Notes: generated by a model from the letters alone, not told the origin. DNA of 64,000 bases from an uncultured Methylomirabilota bacterium (GCA_963705305.1 OY970067.1:5056001-5120000), one strand, 5' to 3'. Counted from the first letter of the stretch, positions 44,981 to 55,086 are shown. A program made the numbers and translations.

Positions 44981-46186
44981 TCAGCGGACCTGCCGCTGGA
45001 GCCCGCCCGTCCGGCGTGGGTCGTACGGGGTCCCGCTCCGCCACACGCCCCAGACGACCCGGAGCACTTTCGCCGCCAGTTCGACGATCGCCTTGAAGCC
45101 AGCGAAGCGGTCCCCCTGGCGCTTCGCTTTCAAGGCGGCGAGCCGGGCCCGCCCCGCGGCGGTCCGCGCCAGTCCCAGCGCCGCGTGGTACAGCGCCCAA
45201 CGCAGAAGGCTGCGCCCGCACTTGGAGATTCGCGCCTGCCCCGCGAACTGCCCGGATTGCACCCGCACGATGTCCAGCCCCGCGAGCTTCCGGAGCTGGG
45301 AGAACTTCGTGAACCAGGCGATGTCCCCGATCTCGGCCAGGAGGATCGCGGCCACGGTCGGCCCGACCCCCGGGATCGTCCGGAGGAGCGCGTAGGCCGG
45401 GAGCCGCTCGGCGAGGGGCGTCAGGGCCTGCTCGACCGCGGCGGTGCGGGCCTGAACAGCATCGACCTGGGCCCCGAGGTCCGCACAGGCCGTGGCGAGC
45501 CCGACCGGCAGCCGTCCCTTCGCCACCGCTGGGCGCCCGGGGGCCGCCGGCTCCCAGGCCTGGAGCACCGCCGGCAGCTCCGCCCGCAGGCGGTTGGGCA
45601 GGGGCTCCCCCATCGGCCCGAGGGCCGGGCGGAGGGTCGTGCGCCAGCGCGCCTTGCAGGCCGCCAGCTCGCTCCGGGCCCGGCGGAGGCACTTGACCAA
45701 GTGCCGCAACTCGACGCGGGGGCCATCGGGCCGGCTGTAGAACAGCACCTTCCCCTGTTCGAGGAGGTCGGCGCAGTTGGCGGCGTCCTTCCGGTCGCCC
45801 TTGTCCCAGGTCCCGTCCTGGGTCCGGCGGTTCCAGTAGGCCACGCTGCTGGAGAACAGGACAACGTCGGCGCCCTGCGTCTCCAGGAACACCGCGAGGG
45901 CCTGGTGGTAGGTCCCCGTGGGCTCGAGGCCACAGACCACCTCGCGGCACCCGGTGCTCCGCTGGGCCTGCTGGATCCGCGCCCAGAGCTGGGCGAAGCC
46001 CCGGGTGGTGTTCGGGATCGTGAGGGTGGGCACGACCACCCGGGTGTGGGCCTGCCGGAGGTGCACCACGTGTTCGACTTGGGCAACGTCGATCCCGACC
46101 AGGAGGCGCTGGCGGTTGATGCGTAAGGTGGCCTTCAGCTCCCGGAACCGCTTGACACGCGTGGCATTGTCTCGCATCGTAGCCAT
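44981..46186 (-). CDS. IS110-family recombinase/transposase
   Basis: VGIDVA, GLEPTG.Y, KGDRKDA (DEDD RuvC); TIPGVG..AEIG, AGL....QSG (catalytic Ser), ISKCG..LLRWALY. Confidence 0.94.
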   Translation of the reverse strand: MATMRDNATRVKRFRELKATLRINRQRLLVGIDVAQVEHVVHLRQAHTRVVVPTLTIPNTTRGFAQLWARIQQAQRSTGCREVVCGLEPTGTYHQALAVFLETQGADVVLFSSSVAYWNRRTQDGTWDKGDRKDAANCADLLEQGKVLFYSRPDGPRVELRHLVKCLRRARSELAACKARWRTTLRPALGPMGEPLPNRLRAELPAVLQAWEPAAPGRPAVAKGRLPVGLATACADLGAQVDAVQARTAAVEQALTPLAERLPAYALLRTIPGVGPTVAAILLAEIGDIAWFTKFSQLRKLAGLDIVRVQSGQFAGQARISKCGRSLLRWALYHAALGLARTAAGRARLAALKAKRQGDRFAGFKAIVELAAKVLRVVWGVWRSGTPYDPRRTGGLQRQVR

Positions 46187-46335
46187 GGGGTTCTTCCTCC
46201 TCTGTACGGGGTGAGTGGATGGCTCTCTGCACACCCCTACCAATAGCGAGGAAGAACCCCTTTTGGAACCTGCCATTTTCACCAGAAGGGGCCCAGACTG
46301 TGGGAGTCTAGTCGCTGGTACCTGGTTCATGCGGG

Positions 46336-46462
46336 TAATACTACGCTGCAAGTTTCGTCGTCTTGGAGCTGGGGACCCTGCCGGAATCCGGGCCTGGGAA
46401 AAAGGTCTCCCCGGCGGGGGCATATCAACCCAGGCCGAGAGAGTCTGAAGGGTCCCCGATTT
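46336..46462 (+). repeat. ~128-bp TIR element, copy A (diverged)
   Basis: CGCTGCAAGTTTCGTCGTCTTGGAG...AGGGTCCCCGATTT. Confidence 0.8.
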
Positions 46463-46474
46463 CGAACACGCCCT

Positions 46475-46732
46475 CTACGCCTTCGGCTTCGCCCTCCCTG
46501 CCCGCCGCTTCGCCCAGTAGACCTTCATGCGCTGGCTCACGGCCTTCCGGGCCGCCGCGCTCATCGGCCTGCGTCCCTTGGCCCGCCTCTTTGCAGGAAC
46601 ACGCCTTGCTTGCCCAAGTTGATCTCCAGCCAGGATCTGCCGGATTCCGGCAATCTGGCGGTCCAGCCGGGCGCGCTCGCTCTCCAGTTCGGCCAGGGCT
46701 TTCCGAAGGGTGGTGTTGAGATTCGTCAGCAT
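46475..46732 (-). CDS. small basic coiled-coil protein, candidate nucleoid-associated protein
   Basis: GGAGGAG RBS; LAELESERARLDRQIA coiled coil; RRPMSAAARKAVSQRMKVYWAKRR tail. Confidence 0.8.
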   Translation of the reverse strand: MLTNLNTTLRKALAELESERARLDRQIAGIRQILAGDQLGQARRVPAKRRAKGRRPMSAAARKAVSQRMKVYWAKRRAGRAKPKA

Positions 46733-47387
46733 GAGCGTGTCTCCTCCCATAAGTAAGGGGGTGAGTGGAACGGCTAGCAACATATTGTGGCTTGCCGCCC
46801 GAGTTAATTGGAGTGCTCAAAGATTACTATAGCATAGCAGGAGTGATTACTAGGTTCCAGTGAATCTAGAAAGCCGTGGTTCCCACTGACCATAGAGAGC
46901 AAACTAGCACGTGCGTCGATCCACCCCCAGCCAACCGTGAATCTTGACTCTTCCCCAGGCAAGGAGTAGGCTCCTACCCGGTCGCCAACGACTACCACCT
47001 CCATGGGCGGCTCCACCACCTCTACCGATGCGCACCCCGGGCCATCCGGCCCTTGTACCACTTGGATGACCAATTCCGCATTGCACTGTTGCCGGATCGT
47101 GTGGGGGCGGCGGCAAATGGATCCTGGGACGTTGGGTTAGGGTGGACAATCCTCATCGGCCACCCGTATTCTTCGCCGATCGTCAGAGCCCGTCCACATC
47201 TACCTCTCGCGGAGGCGGCCACCTGCGCGGGGAAGATGCCCTTCCAGTGCGGCAGCACCGCCCCGGCCTACGAGCTTCTCGCCCAGGTGCTCGACCAGCT
47301 CGGCCGGCTGGAGTCGGTGCAACATAGAGGGTGAATCCGGCGTACGGAATGCTCGTCTTAGGGACAGGCGCAAAGCGGAAGAAAAAA

Positions 47388-48173
47388 ATGCACGATGTGC
47401 CAACTGAAGAAGAGTCGGTGTCCTCCCAGCAACGGCGGACAACCCGTACCGAGATACTCCTCGTACTGGGGGTATCTCTCGGATACAGTACTGTCTACTC
47501 GGTAATCGACCTCATTGGAAAGTTGACCTCACACCTGGCGCTCTCGGCGCAGATGACGACACTCAATCCATCGCGAGCAACCGGTCGCCCATTGCTCGAT
47601 CTGTCGTTTCAACTCGCAAGAATTCTGTTTGGCTTCGTTCCAGCCTTGCTCGCTCTTCATTTCCTGGAACGCAGTGGTCGGCACGACCACATGGGGTTCC
47701 GAACGCCCCGTCGCAGCTTCGACATCGGGTCGGGCACTGCGCTCGCGGCATTGATTGGGATCCCCGGGCTGGCCTTCTACGTTGCCATGCGCGCAATCGG
47801 CTTGAACACAACGGTGATCCCGGAGGCATTGCCTTGGGTCTGGTGGACCGTTCCTGTTCTCGTGCTGTCTGCCGTTCAGAATGCCTTTCTGGAAGAGGTG
47901 GTCGTCGTTGGATACCTGATTCCCCGTCTTCGCGAGATGCCCTGGGGGGTAGGGGCGGCGGTGGCAGCGAGCGCGCTGCTTCGCGGCTCCTACCATCTCT
48001 ATCAAGGTTTCGGCGGCTTTATTGGGAATGTCGTCATGGGAATTGTCTTCGCCCTATTCTTCCTTCGTTACAAGCGGGTGAATCCCTTGATTATCGCTCA
48101 TGCCATCCTTGATACCGTGGCATTCGTCGGATACGCCCTCCTCCACAATCTTCTGAGCGCTCATATCCTGTAA
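47388..48173 (+). CDS. CPBP (CAAX/Abi) intramembrane metalloprotease
   Basis: NAFLEEVVVVGY, RGSYHLYQG, IIAHAILD; start uncertain. Confidence 0.9.
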   Translation: MHDVPTEEESVSSQQRRTTRTEILLVLGVSLGYSTVYSVIDLIGKLTSHLALSAQMTTLNPSRATGRPLLDLSFQLARILFGFVPALLALHFLERSGRHDHMGFRTPRRSFDIGSGTALAALIGIPGLAFYVAMRAIGLNTTVIPEALPWVWWTVPVLVLSAVQNAFLEEVVVVGYLIPRLREMPWGVGAAVAASALLRGSYHLYQGFGGFIGNVVMGIVFALFFLRYKRVNPLIIAHAILDTVAFVGYALLHNLLSAHIL

Positions 48174-48299
48174 TTGGAGTCGCTGCAATTTTCGTCGTCT
48201 TGGAGTTGGGGGGCCGGCCAGAATCTAGATCTGGCAGAATAGCCTCTCCAGCAGGGGCGCGTTAGCACAAGCTGACTATACTTGCAACGTCCCCCATTT
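48171..48299 (+). repeat. ~128-bp TIR element, copy B
   Basis: TAATTGGAGTCGCTGCAA...TTGCAACGTCCCCCATTT; about 90% identical to copy C by eye. Confidence 0.9.
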
Positions 48300-48392
48300 G
48301 ACTTTCAAGCATCACGCACGAAGGACTTCCTTTTCTCTGCCGCCACACTCACATTTCATGGCATATTGAGGAGTACCACCAGCCCTCTCCCA

Positions 48393-49685
48393 TTAAGGAC
48401 CAACATACCCCCCCAGCAGTCGCGGCAGGGCCAGGGAAAACCAGGGCACGTAGGCAAGCAGCAAGATCGTCCCGAACATTATGGCGATGAAGGGCCACAT
48501 CGGACTGAACAGGCTCCGCATTTCGACCCGGGCAATGGATGTCACGACGAAACAGGCGCTTCCAAGCGGCGGCGTTACGAGCGAGATGCCAGTGACAGCC
48601 AGCGCGAAGATCGCAAAATGGATCGGCGACATACCAACCCGACCCGCCATCGACATGAACAGCGGGACCAGTATTACTAGGGCCGGTATGCCATCCAACA
48701 GCGCCCCCATTAGCCAGAACAAGAGCATCAGCAGCGTGATGAACATTAAGTGGTGGTCAATGATGGATCCTGCAAAATCCGCTATGGCAAGCGACACCTG
48801 CGTGTATGCCATAAAATAAGCAATAGCTGAAGCTGCCCCAATGAGCCCGACGACAACGCCGGTCAGGCGAGCCGTGGAGACCAGCATCCTTCTTGCTACG
48901 TCCCAGGTAATTTCCTTATACACGACTACCCCGAGCAGTCCTGCATACACCACGGAGACTGCCGCTGCTTCTGTGGCTGTAAACACTCCGGAGAGGATGC
49001 CCCCGATGATAATCAGGGGGGCCAGGAGCGCAGGGATGGCCTGAATGGAAGCCTTTGCCACTTCCCTGAGCGAGAACTTGATGTCTTCGTTGCTGCGCTC
49101 CCGACCTGTTCTCGCCTTGTACCATATGACAATCGCTTTGCCGATGCCGATCAGAAGAGCCGGGAGGAGAGAGGCGAGGAATAGTTGCTTAATCGACAGG
49201 CCTGCAATGGTCCCTAAGACGATCATCGTTATCGATGGCGGGATCAGCACGCCGGTCCCGGCAGACGCGGCAACGATGCTCGACGCCCACTCCTTTCGAT
49301 AGCCTGCTTTCACCATGAGCGGGATCATGACTGACCCGATGGCCGCGGCATCGGCATTGACGGAGCCGGAGATGCCGGAGAACAGCATCGTGCCGAGCAC
49401 CACGGATATGCCCAGACCCCCAGACAGCCATCCTACGAGCACGATGACGAAGTTGGCAAGTCGGCTGGTAATGCCGCCCTTGTCCATGATCTCGCCGGCA
49501 AGCACGAAGAGGGGAATTGCGAGGAAGGTAAACGCGCTTATCCCGTGGAAGCACGTCAGCGCAAGGAGATTACCCGCCTGACCATTGAGGATCAGCGCCA
49601 CCCAAGTGCTCACGCCCATCGCTGCAAGGATCGGCGCCCCAAGCAGCAACAGAGCTGCAAAGATCAACAGCAGGATCAGCACCAT
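48393..49685 (-). CDS. dctM: TRAP transporter large permease
   Basis: LAIPLFVLAG, SGISGS..ADA, LIPPSI, GVFTATEAA, TPPLG. Confidence 0.93.
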   Translation of the reverse strand: MVLILLLIFAALLLLGAPILAAMGVSTWVALILNGQAGNLLALTCFHGISAFTFLAIPLFVLAGEIMDKGGITSRLANFVIVLVGWLSGGLGISVVLGTMLFSGISGSVNADAAAIGSVMIPLMVKAGYRKEWASSIVAASAGTGVLIPPSITMIVLGTIAGLSIKQLFLASLLPALLIGIGKAIVIWYKARTGRERSNEDIKFSLREVAKASIQAIPALLAPLIIIGGILSGVFTATEAAAVSVVYAGLLGVVVYKEITWDVARRMLVSTARLTGVVVGLIGAASAIAYFMAYTQVSLAIADFAGSIIDHHLMFITLLMLLFWLMGALLDGIPALVILVPLFMSMAGRVGMSPIHFAIFALAVTGISLVTPPLGSACFVVTSIARVEMRSLFSPMWPFIAIMFGTILLLAYVPWFSLALPRLLGGYVGP

Positions 49686-50182
49686 TGCTGGTCGCCCTCC
49701 TCTTGGCGACGTGCCATCGGCGTGGCCAAGGAGAGGTGCCATATGCCAAGTAAGCCCCCAACAGGCAGCCCGCTCAGGACGACCCAAATGGGCACGCCTA
49801 ATGCCGGTGAGTGTTCCACAGAATGGATCATTGCCAAATCGAGGCCGCCAAGACCCAACGCGAGGAATAAGCCGGCCATCGCGGCCCAACGGAGCCAGGC
49901 AACCATCTGCTCCCCAAGTCCCTTGAGTCTCGGCAGAACGTCCATGGTCACGTGGGCCCGCTCCCGCTGGGCAATGGCCATCCCAACGAAGGTGAGCCAC
50001 ACGAGGATATACGTGCACGCCTCTCCAGACCAAGAGAGCGGCCGGTCCAGAAAGAACCGAAACACGATTTGAAGCATTACGAGGCAGGTGACGACCGTGA
50101 GGAAAGCGATGGCGAGAGCGTTCTCAAGCTTGGTGACCTGACGATCGATCCATGCGGTGATCCGCCGATTCGATTCTCTCAT
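49676..50182 (-). CDS. dctQ: TRAP transporter small permease
   Basis: QIVFRF...LSWSGE, WLTFVG, HVTMD, SPALG. Confidence 0.9.
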   Translation of the reverse strand: MRESNRRITAWIDRQVTKLENALAIAFLTVVTCLVMLQIVFRFFLDRPLSWSGEACTYILVWLTFVGMAIAQRERAHVTMDVLPRLKGLGEQMVAWLRWAAMAGLFLALGLGGLDLAMIHSVEHSPALGVPIWVVLSGLPVGGLLGIWHLSLATPMARRQEEGDQQWC

Positions 50183-50273
50183 ATGCCAGCTTAGCGCGCT
50201 CAAGCAATCCTCCTTCCGCGAAAGGATTCCTCCTGGGGCAGGGGCCATTGCCCCTGCACCAGGGAACCTGGAT

Positions 50274-51314
50274 CTACTGGCTGTTCTTCAGAATCGTATA
50301 CAACTCGCCCAACGCCGGGCCGTACTTGTCCCACACCGGTCGCGTCGCCTTCTGGAACGCTGCGGCGTCCGTGTCGTTGATTTTCACGCCGGCGCGAACA
50401 GCGAGGGCAAAATTCTTAGCGTCGCCTTCCACCCAGGCCTTCCTCTCGTATGGAATGGTCTCCTTCCCCGCCTGCAGGATCGCCCTCTGTGCCTCGGGCG
50501 GCTGCGCATTGAACCACTTCACACTGACGAGGAAGGGGTCGACGCTGAAGAAATGATTTGTCTTCGAGAAGAAGGGCGCCACCTCGTTGTGCTTAGTCGT
50601 CAAGTAGTAGGTTATGGAATTCTCGGCCCCATCCACCACCCCTTGCTGAATCGCGTTATAGGTCTCCGCTGCTTCCAGGGGCGTGGCCTGGGCACCCATG
50701 GCGTTCAGCGTGTCAATCATGACCGCGTCCGGGATCGACCGGAGCCGCAGGTTCATCCGCTTGATGTCGTCGGGGGTGTGGATCGGGCCCTTGCGATTGT
50801 AGATGCTTCGCGATCCGGAGTAGAGGTAGCCGAGGACCTTAAATCCGTACTTCTCGCAGATGTCGGCGTAGGCCTTTCCGAGCGTGCCATCCTGTGCCGC
50901 AAAGAGCTTTTCGGTGCTGGTGAATTCAAAAGGCAGCCCCCAGAGTGCCAGACGCTTGTCGAAGCTGCTCAGGAACGAGGCTCCGGTTTCGGTCATTTCC
51001 AGCGATCCGGCTCGCACCTGCTCGTTCAGCTGCGTGTGCCCACCGAGGACACCGTTCATGAACGTCTTTACCTGGTACTCGCCGTTGGTGAGTTCGGAGA
51101 GCCGCTTGGCAAAGAATTGGTAGCCGAGGTACTCGGGGTTGTTTTCCGTAACTACATCCCCGATCCGAACGATCTTCACTTCCTTGGTTGCCGCTTGGGC
51201 CGTCGATTGCGGTCCGAAGACAAAACCGGGCATGAGGACCGCCACCAACGTCAGAACGGCCAGCGTGAGAACCAGTCTCCGTCGATCACCGCTCCTCCCT
51301 GCTCGCATCGTCAT
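50274..51314 (-). CDS. dctP: TRAP transporter substrate-binding protein
   Basis: LRLR, MGAQATP, YNAIQQGVVDGAEN. Confidence 0.93.
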   Translation of the reverse strand: MTMRAGRSGDRRRLVLTLAVLTLVAVLMPGFVFGPQSTAQAATKEVKIVRIGDVVTENNPEYLGYQFFAKRLSELTNGEYQVKTFMNGVLGGHTQLNEQVRAGSLEMTETGASFLSSFDKRLALWGLPFEFTSTEKLFAAQDGTLGKAYADICEKYGFKVLGYLYSGSRSIYNRKGPIHTPDDIKRMNLRLRSIPDAVMIDTLNAMGAQATPLEAAETYNAIQQGVVDGAENSITYYLTTKHNEVAPFFSKTNHFFSVDPFLVSVKWFNAQPPEAQRAILQAGKETIPYERKAWVEGDAKNFALAVRAGVKINDTDAAAFQKATRPVWDKYGPALGELYTILKNSQ

Positions 51315-51476
51315 CTCCTTTCTCCTGGCACCCTCAAGGTATCGGGATCGTCTCAGCTCCCGTGTTGCAGAGACATGGCGGTCACTCAGCGAACGCCGGG
51401 CGCGCCGAGACCCTTCCGTTCTGGGGAGTAGGCGCCCGGTGCGCCGCCGAAGTGAAACTGGGACATTGCGGATGGG

Positions 51477-52283
51477 CTAGGCATCGAGACGATAAAGCCG
51501 ACGCGGATTATCCCAAACGACCGTTCGGATCACATCCTCGCTCAGCCCCATTCTCCTCATTTCAAATACTGCCTTTGGCACGGCCAACGGATCAGATTCG
51601 AGGAGAGAACAATCGCTGTCAACCAGAATGTGCCTCGGATCGCCCCCCTTCACCGCCTCCGCAGCGTCCACCGGCCGCACCTTTCTCCACGGCTGCAGCG
51701 TGAGGGCAGCCATCGCCCCCAGATCCGTGATCATCGACACGACGGACGGCTGGCAATGATCGAAGATTACCTGATCAAATCGCACGCCGTGCTCCTTGAG
51801 TATCGGCACGTACCGTCCGATCCACGCTGCCTTATCGACCGGCGGCGTATGCAGCACAACGGGTTTCGAGAACTCCCGGGCCATGTCAAGTTGGGCGCGA
51901 AAGACTCTCTCCTGGACCTTCAGGTCCGGGCATGTCATGGAGGTGGGTTCGATGCCGATCTCGCCAATGCCCAGAATCTCCTTGTCATGCTCCTTCAGGT
52001 ACTCGTGCATCTTGGCAAGGCCAGCCTCGTAGTCCAGCGGCACCCCCACCATCGAAATCCCGAGGCATGCGTACGTCGTGATGCCAAAGTAGTACTGGGT
52101 CCGCCAGGCGTGATACGTTCGCACCCGGTCGCAGTGCTCGAAAATCACATGGGAACGGTAGTCTTTTTCGGCTTCCGGCACCGCGACCATCGAAATGACG
52201 GCCTCAACACCGGTAAGAGCCATGAGCTCCAGCGAGTGGTGGTTCAACGCGTCCACGTGCAGATGCGGGTCAATGAACCTCAT
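51477..52283 (-). CDS. TatD-like metal-dependent TIM-barrel hydrolase
   Basis: IDPHLH, GIGEIG, AQLDMA, VVLHTP, FDH, VDSD. Confidence 0.85.
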   Translation of the reverse strand: MRFIDPHLHVDALNHHSLELMALTGVEAVISMVAVPEAEKDYRSHVIFEHCDRVRTYHAWRTQYYFGITTYACLGISMVGVPLDYEAGLAKMHEYLKEHDKEILGIGEIGIEPTSMTCPDLKVQERVFRAQLDMAREFSKPVVLHTPPVDKAAWIGRYVPILKEHGVRFDQVIFDHCQPSVVSMITDLGAMAALTLQPWRKVRPVDAAEAVKGGDPRHILVDSDCSLLESDPLAVPKAVFEMRRMGLSEDVIRTVVWDNPRRLYRLDA

Positions 52284-52331
52284 CGTTTGGTCCTCCGCCC
52301 CAAAGCTCGACAATCGTTGTTACCCCGTGCC

Positions 52332-53510
52332 TCATAGCGCAGCCTCGTAGATTCGGCGAAGGTCGTCCCGCGTCGCATCGCGGGGGTTGTTCTCCAGACC
52401 GTAGCCCTGAAACGCAAAGAGGAACTCGAGGGCCGGCGCGATGTCGCTCGCCTGGAATCCGATCTCCGTCAGTCGCTCCGGCATCCCCAGATCGCGGCAG
52501 AGACCTCGCACGGCCGCGCTCGCTCTCCTGGCAGCCTCCATCGGCGCCAATCCTTCGATCCGCTCGCCCAGGAGTTGGGCGATGCGCCCGTACCGTTCCG
52601 GGCAGGCAACCAGATTGAACTCGATCACGTGGGGAAGAAGCAGGGCCAGCGCGGTCCCGTGGGATACATGAGCCTTCGCAGTCAGCGGATAGTTCATCGC
52701 GTGAATCAGCCCCGCGGATGAGCTCGTGTGCGCGGCCATGGCCAATGCCGCAGCCAACAGCATGTTGTATCGCGACTCGATGTGCTTTCTCCCCTTCGCA
52801 TAGGCGGTCCGGAGATTCCGGCCGACCAACTCAATCGCCTTCTCCGCATACATATCCGAGATCACGGTGGACTTCCATGCCCCATAGGCCTCAATAGCAT
52901 GGGTCAGGGCATCAATCCCGGTCTCCGCGGTCTGCCGCGGCGGCAGCTCCATGGTCAGGACTGGATCCAGCAGGACAAGATCGCAGCACATGAACCGGCT
53001 GAAGATCGGCTTCTTGAGGGCGTCACGGGCGTCCGTGATGATCGCGGACGTTGACCATTCGCTCCCCGTTCCCGCCGTGGTCGGGATCGCAACCTTGAAG
53101 AGCGCCGGTGTCTTGATTCGGTCTCTTCCTATCAGCTCATAAATGTCTCCCTCGTTCGTCACCAGCGCACTCGCCGCCTTGGCAATGTCGATGGAGCTCC
53201 CGCCGCCCACCGCGATCAACACATCCGCCGCTTCCTTGCGTGCGACCTCTGCACACTCTTCGACGACCTCTGTGGGACCGTTGGGAAGGGATCCGCCAAA
53301 GACTCCGAACGGAAGTGCGCATGCCTGGAGGGACTTCTCAACGTCTTCGAGCAGCCCGTGCTCGCGTACGGCCTTATCCGTCACGATGAGGGCGCGACAA
53401 AAGCCGCGCTCATGGAGCATCGGCCCGATTTGCTTGCGAACATCAACCCCGATCCACGTCTCGGGGACAAAGGCCAGAAAGATCCGACCGAGCTCCTCCA
53501 TACGCTTCAT
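52332..53510 (-). CDS. iron-containing alcohol dehydrogenase
   Basis: GGGSSIDIAK, PTTAGTGSE, DALTHAIE, H...HG metal ligands. Confidence 0.93.
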   Translation of the reverse strand: MKRMEELGRIFLAFVPETWIGVDVRKQIGPMLHERGFCRALIVTDKAVREHGLLEDVEKSLQACALPFGVFGGSLPNGPTEVVEECAEVARKEAADVLIAVGGGSSIDIAKAASALVTNEGDIYELIGRDRIKTPALFKVAIPTTAGTGSEWSTSAIITDARDALKKPIFSRFMCCDLVLLDPVLTMELPPRQTAETGIDALTHAIEAYGAWKSTVISDMYAEKAIELVGRNLRTAYAKGRKHIESRYNMLLAAALAMAAHTSSSAGLIHAMNYPLTAKAHVSHGTALALLLPHVIEFNLVACPERYGRIAQLLGERIEGLAPMEAARRASAAVRGLCRDLGMPERLTEIGFQASDIAPALEFLFAFQGYGLENNPRDATRDDLRRIYEAAL

Positions 53511-53811
53511 TCCTCCTTCCTGGCGAGGCGCCCGTCCCGAGACTCTGGGTGGCCTCACACCGAGCTTCGTCCCGGCACGGACACATCGTGCCGGGGCCGC
53601 CGGGCACCGTCATCGGGCCCCATTACACACCGCGGCGCGTCGGAGTCTCCTTGCCCGGCACCGGCGACGCGTCCAGCCGCCGACCGGACCCCCACCCGGC
53701 TGAGTGCCCGACGCCCCTGCCGTTTGGGCCGCTGGCCGTCTTTTCGACATGGCCGGGGGCGCGCCTTCCCGGTCCAGCCTCCTCCTCTCGAAGAGCGTGC
53801 CTCACTGATTG

Positions 53812-54516
53812 TCAGCGAGCGGGATCATGTGCCGAAACGGACTCCAGATGCCTCTGAAGCGCGGCCTCTTGCGTCCGATATGCGTTCTCCAGATGGTCAA
53901 GCAACACTGATTTGGCCTCTGTATATTGGCGAGCGCCGACCAGTGCGAGGATTTGGTGATGGGTTCCAGTAGGTCGCTCATATCCCTGCGGCACATTGAG
54001 CTTGATGTGCAGGTATTGGTATCTCGCCAGGCTGAAGTAGAGCGTCTGATAATAATGGCTCAGACGCGCATTCCTCGCCTCCATGACCAGGCGGGCATGG
54101 AAGTCGGTGATCTTCTCCCGGAAGACGAGAAACTCCTCTTGATCGCTATCGCTTGGTATTCTCAAGGTTTCCGCTTCTTGCAGGGCTTTTACGGCACTCG
54201 GAAGTTCTGTAACTCCTTTCTCCTCGAGAAGATCCAGAGCGGTGAGCTCTATCATCCTTCGAACCTGGTACACCTCGGTTAAGTCTTCTCGCGAAAGAGA
54301 GGTGACGAAGGTCCCTTTTCTGGGAAGATTTATAACAAGACGCTCTTCCTCCAGAATCCGGAATGCTTCCCTAAGGGGCCCTCTGCTTAGCTCGAGCTTT
54401 GCCGCAAACTCATTTTCGTGGATCTTTCGGCCACCAGGCAGTTCGCCACTGATTATCTGCCCCCGGATGTATCCCAAGAGCCTGCTGGGAAGATTATGTA
54501 CCTCCAGGAAATCCAC
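53812..54516 (-). CDS. GntR-family regulator (FCD)
   Basis: SRGPLREAFRILEEE, PRKGTFV, FH...N. Confidence 0.9.
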   Translation of the reverse strand: MDFLEVHNLPSRLLGYIRGQIISGELPGGRKIHENEFAAKLELSRGPLREAFRILEEERLVINLPRKGTFVTSLSREDLTEVYQVRRMIELTALDLLEEKGVTELPSAVKALQEAETLRIPSDSDQEEFLVFREKITDFHARLVMEARNARLSHYYQTLYFSLARYQYLHIKLNVPQGYERPTGTHHQILALVGARQYTEAKSVLLDHLENAYRTQEAALQRHLESVSAHDPAR

Positions 54517-54538
54517 GATACAACCTCTCTCATTTTAG

Positions 54539-54566
54539 TTGACAGTTGACAATCGACTATTGATCA
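54539..54566. promoter_or_regulatory. putative GntR operator (7-nt direct repeats)
   Basis: TTGACAG-TTGACAA-TCGACTA-TTGATCA just upstream of the regulator. Confidence 0.5.
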
Positions 54567-54957
54567 TAAATATGGCACATAGATTTTCAGTGTCAATACA
54601 AAAAATAAGAGACGATTCAACTCCGAAATAACGCCTACCTGACAAGTGCCAAGTGATTCGTTACACGAGGATGTGCCAACAGATCCGTGACAGCCCCTTA
54701 GAAACCGCCAATCCCAAGGGCCGGCCTGGGGTACAGGTATCAGGTGGCACACCGTGATTGGCAGGGGGATAGCTTGCGGACGCCAGAGACTGAGACTCGA
54801 GCATTGTCAGCTTCCAGGTGTGCGTGTAACGGATCTTATGGCACTTTTCGCTGTCACGGATCTGTTGGCACTTGTCACCTACCACTTCAGAGGGACTACT
54901 GACGGTCGTGCTGCCCCCACTCTTCTCAACTCTGCGCTCGTGATGCATCCTGGCGAA

Positions 54958-55086
54958 TAATCGGAGACGCTGCAATTTTCGTCGTCTTGGAGTTGGGGGG
55001 CCGGCCGGAATCTAGATCTGGCAGAATAGCCTCTCCAGCAGGGGCGCGTTGGCGCAAGCTGACTAAACTTGCAGGGTCCCCGATAT
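54958..55086 (+). repeat. ~128-bp TIR element, copy C
   Basis: TAATCGGAGACGCTGCAA...TTGCAGGGTCCCCGATAT. Confidence 0.9.

Larger units (their letters stand above)
44670..46260 (-). mobile_element. IS110-family element, approximate extent
   Basis: recombinase plus flanking non-coding ends; no terminal IR or TSD, as is typical of IS110. Confidence 0.7.
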
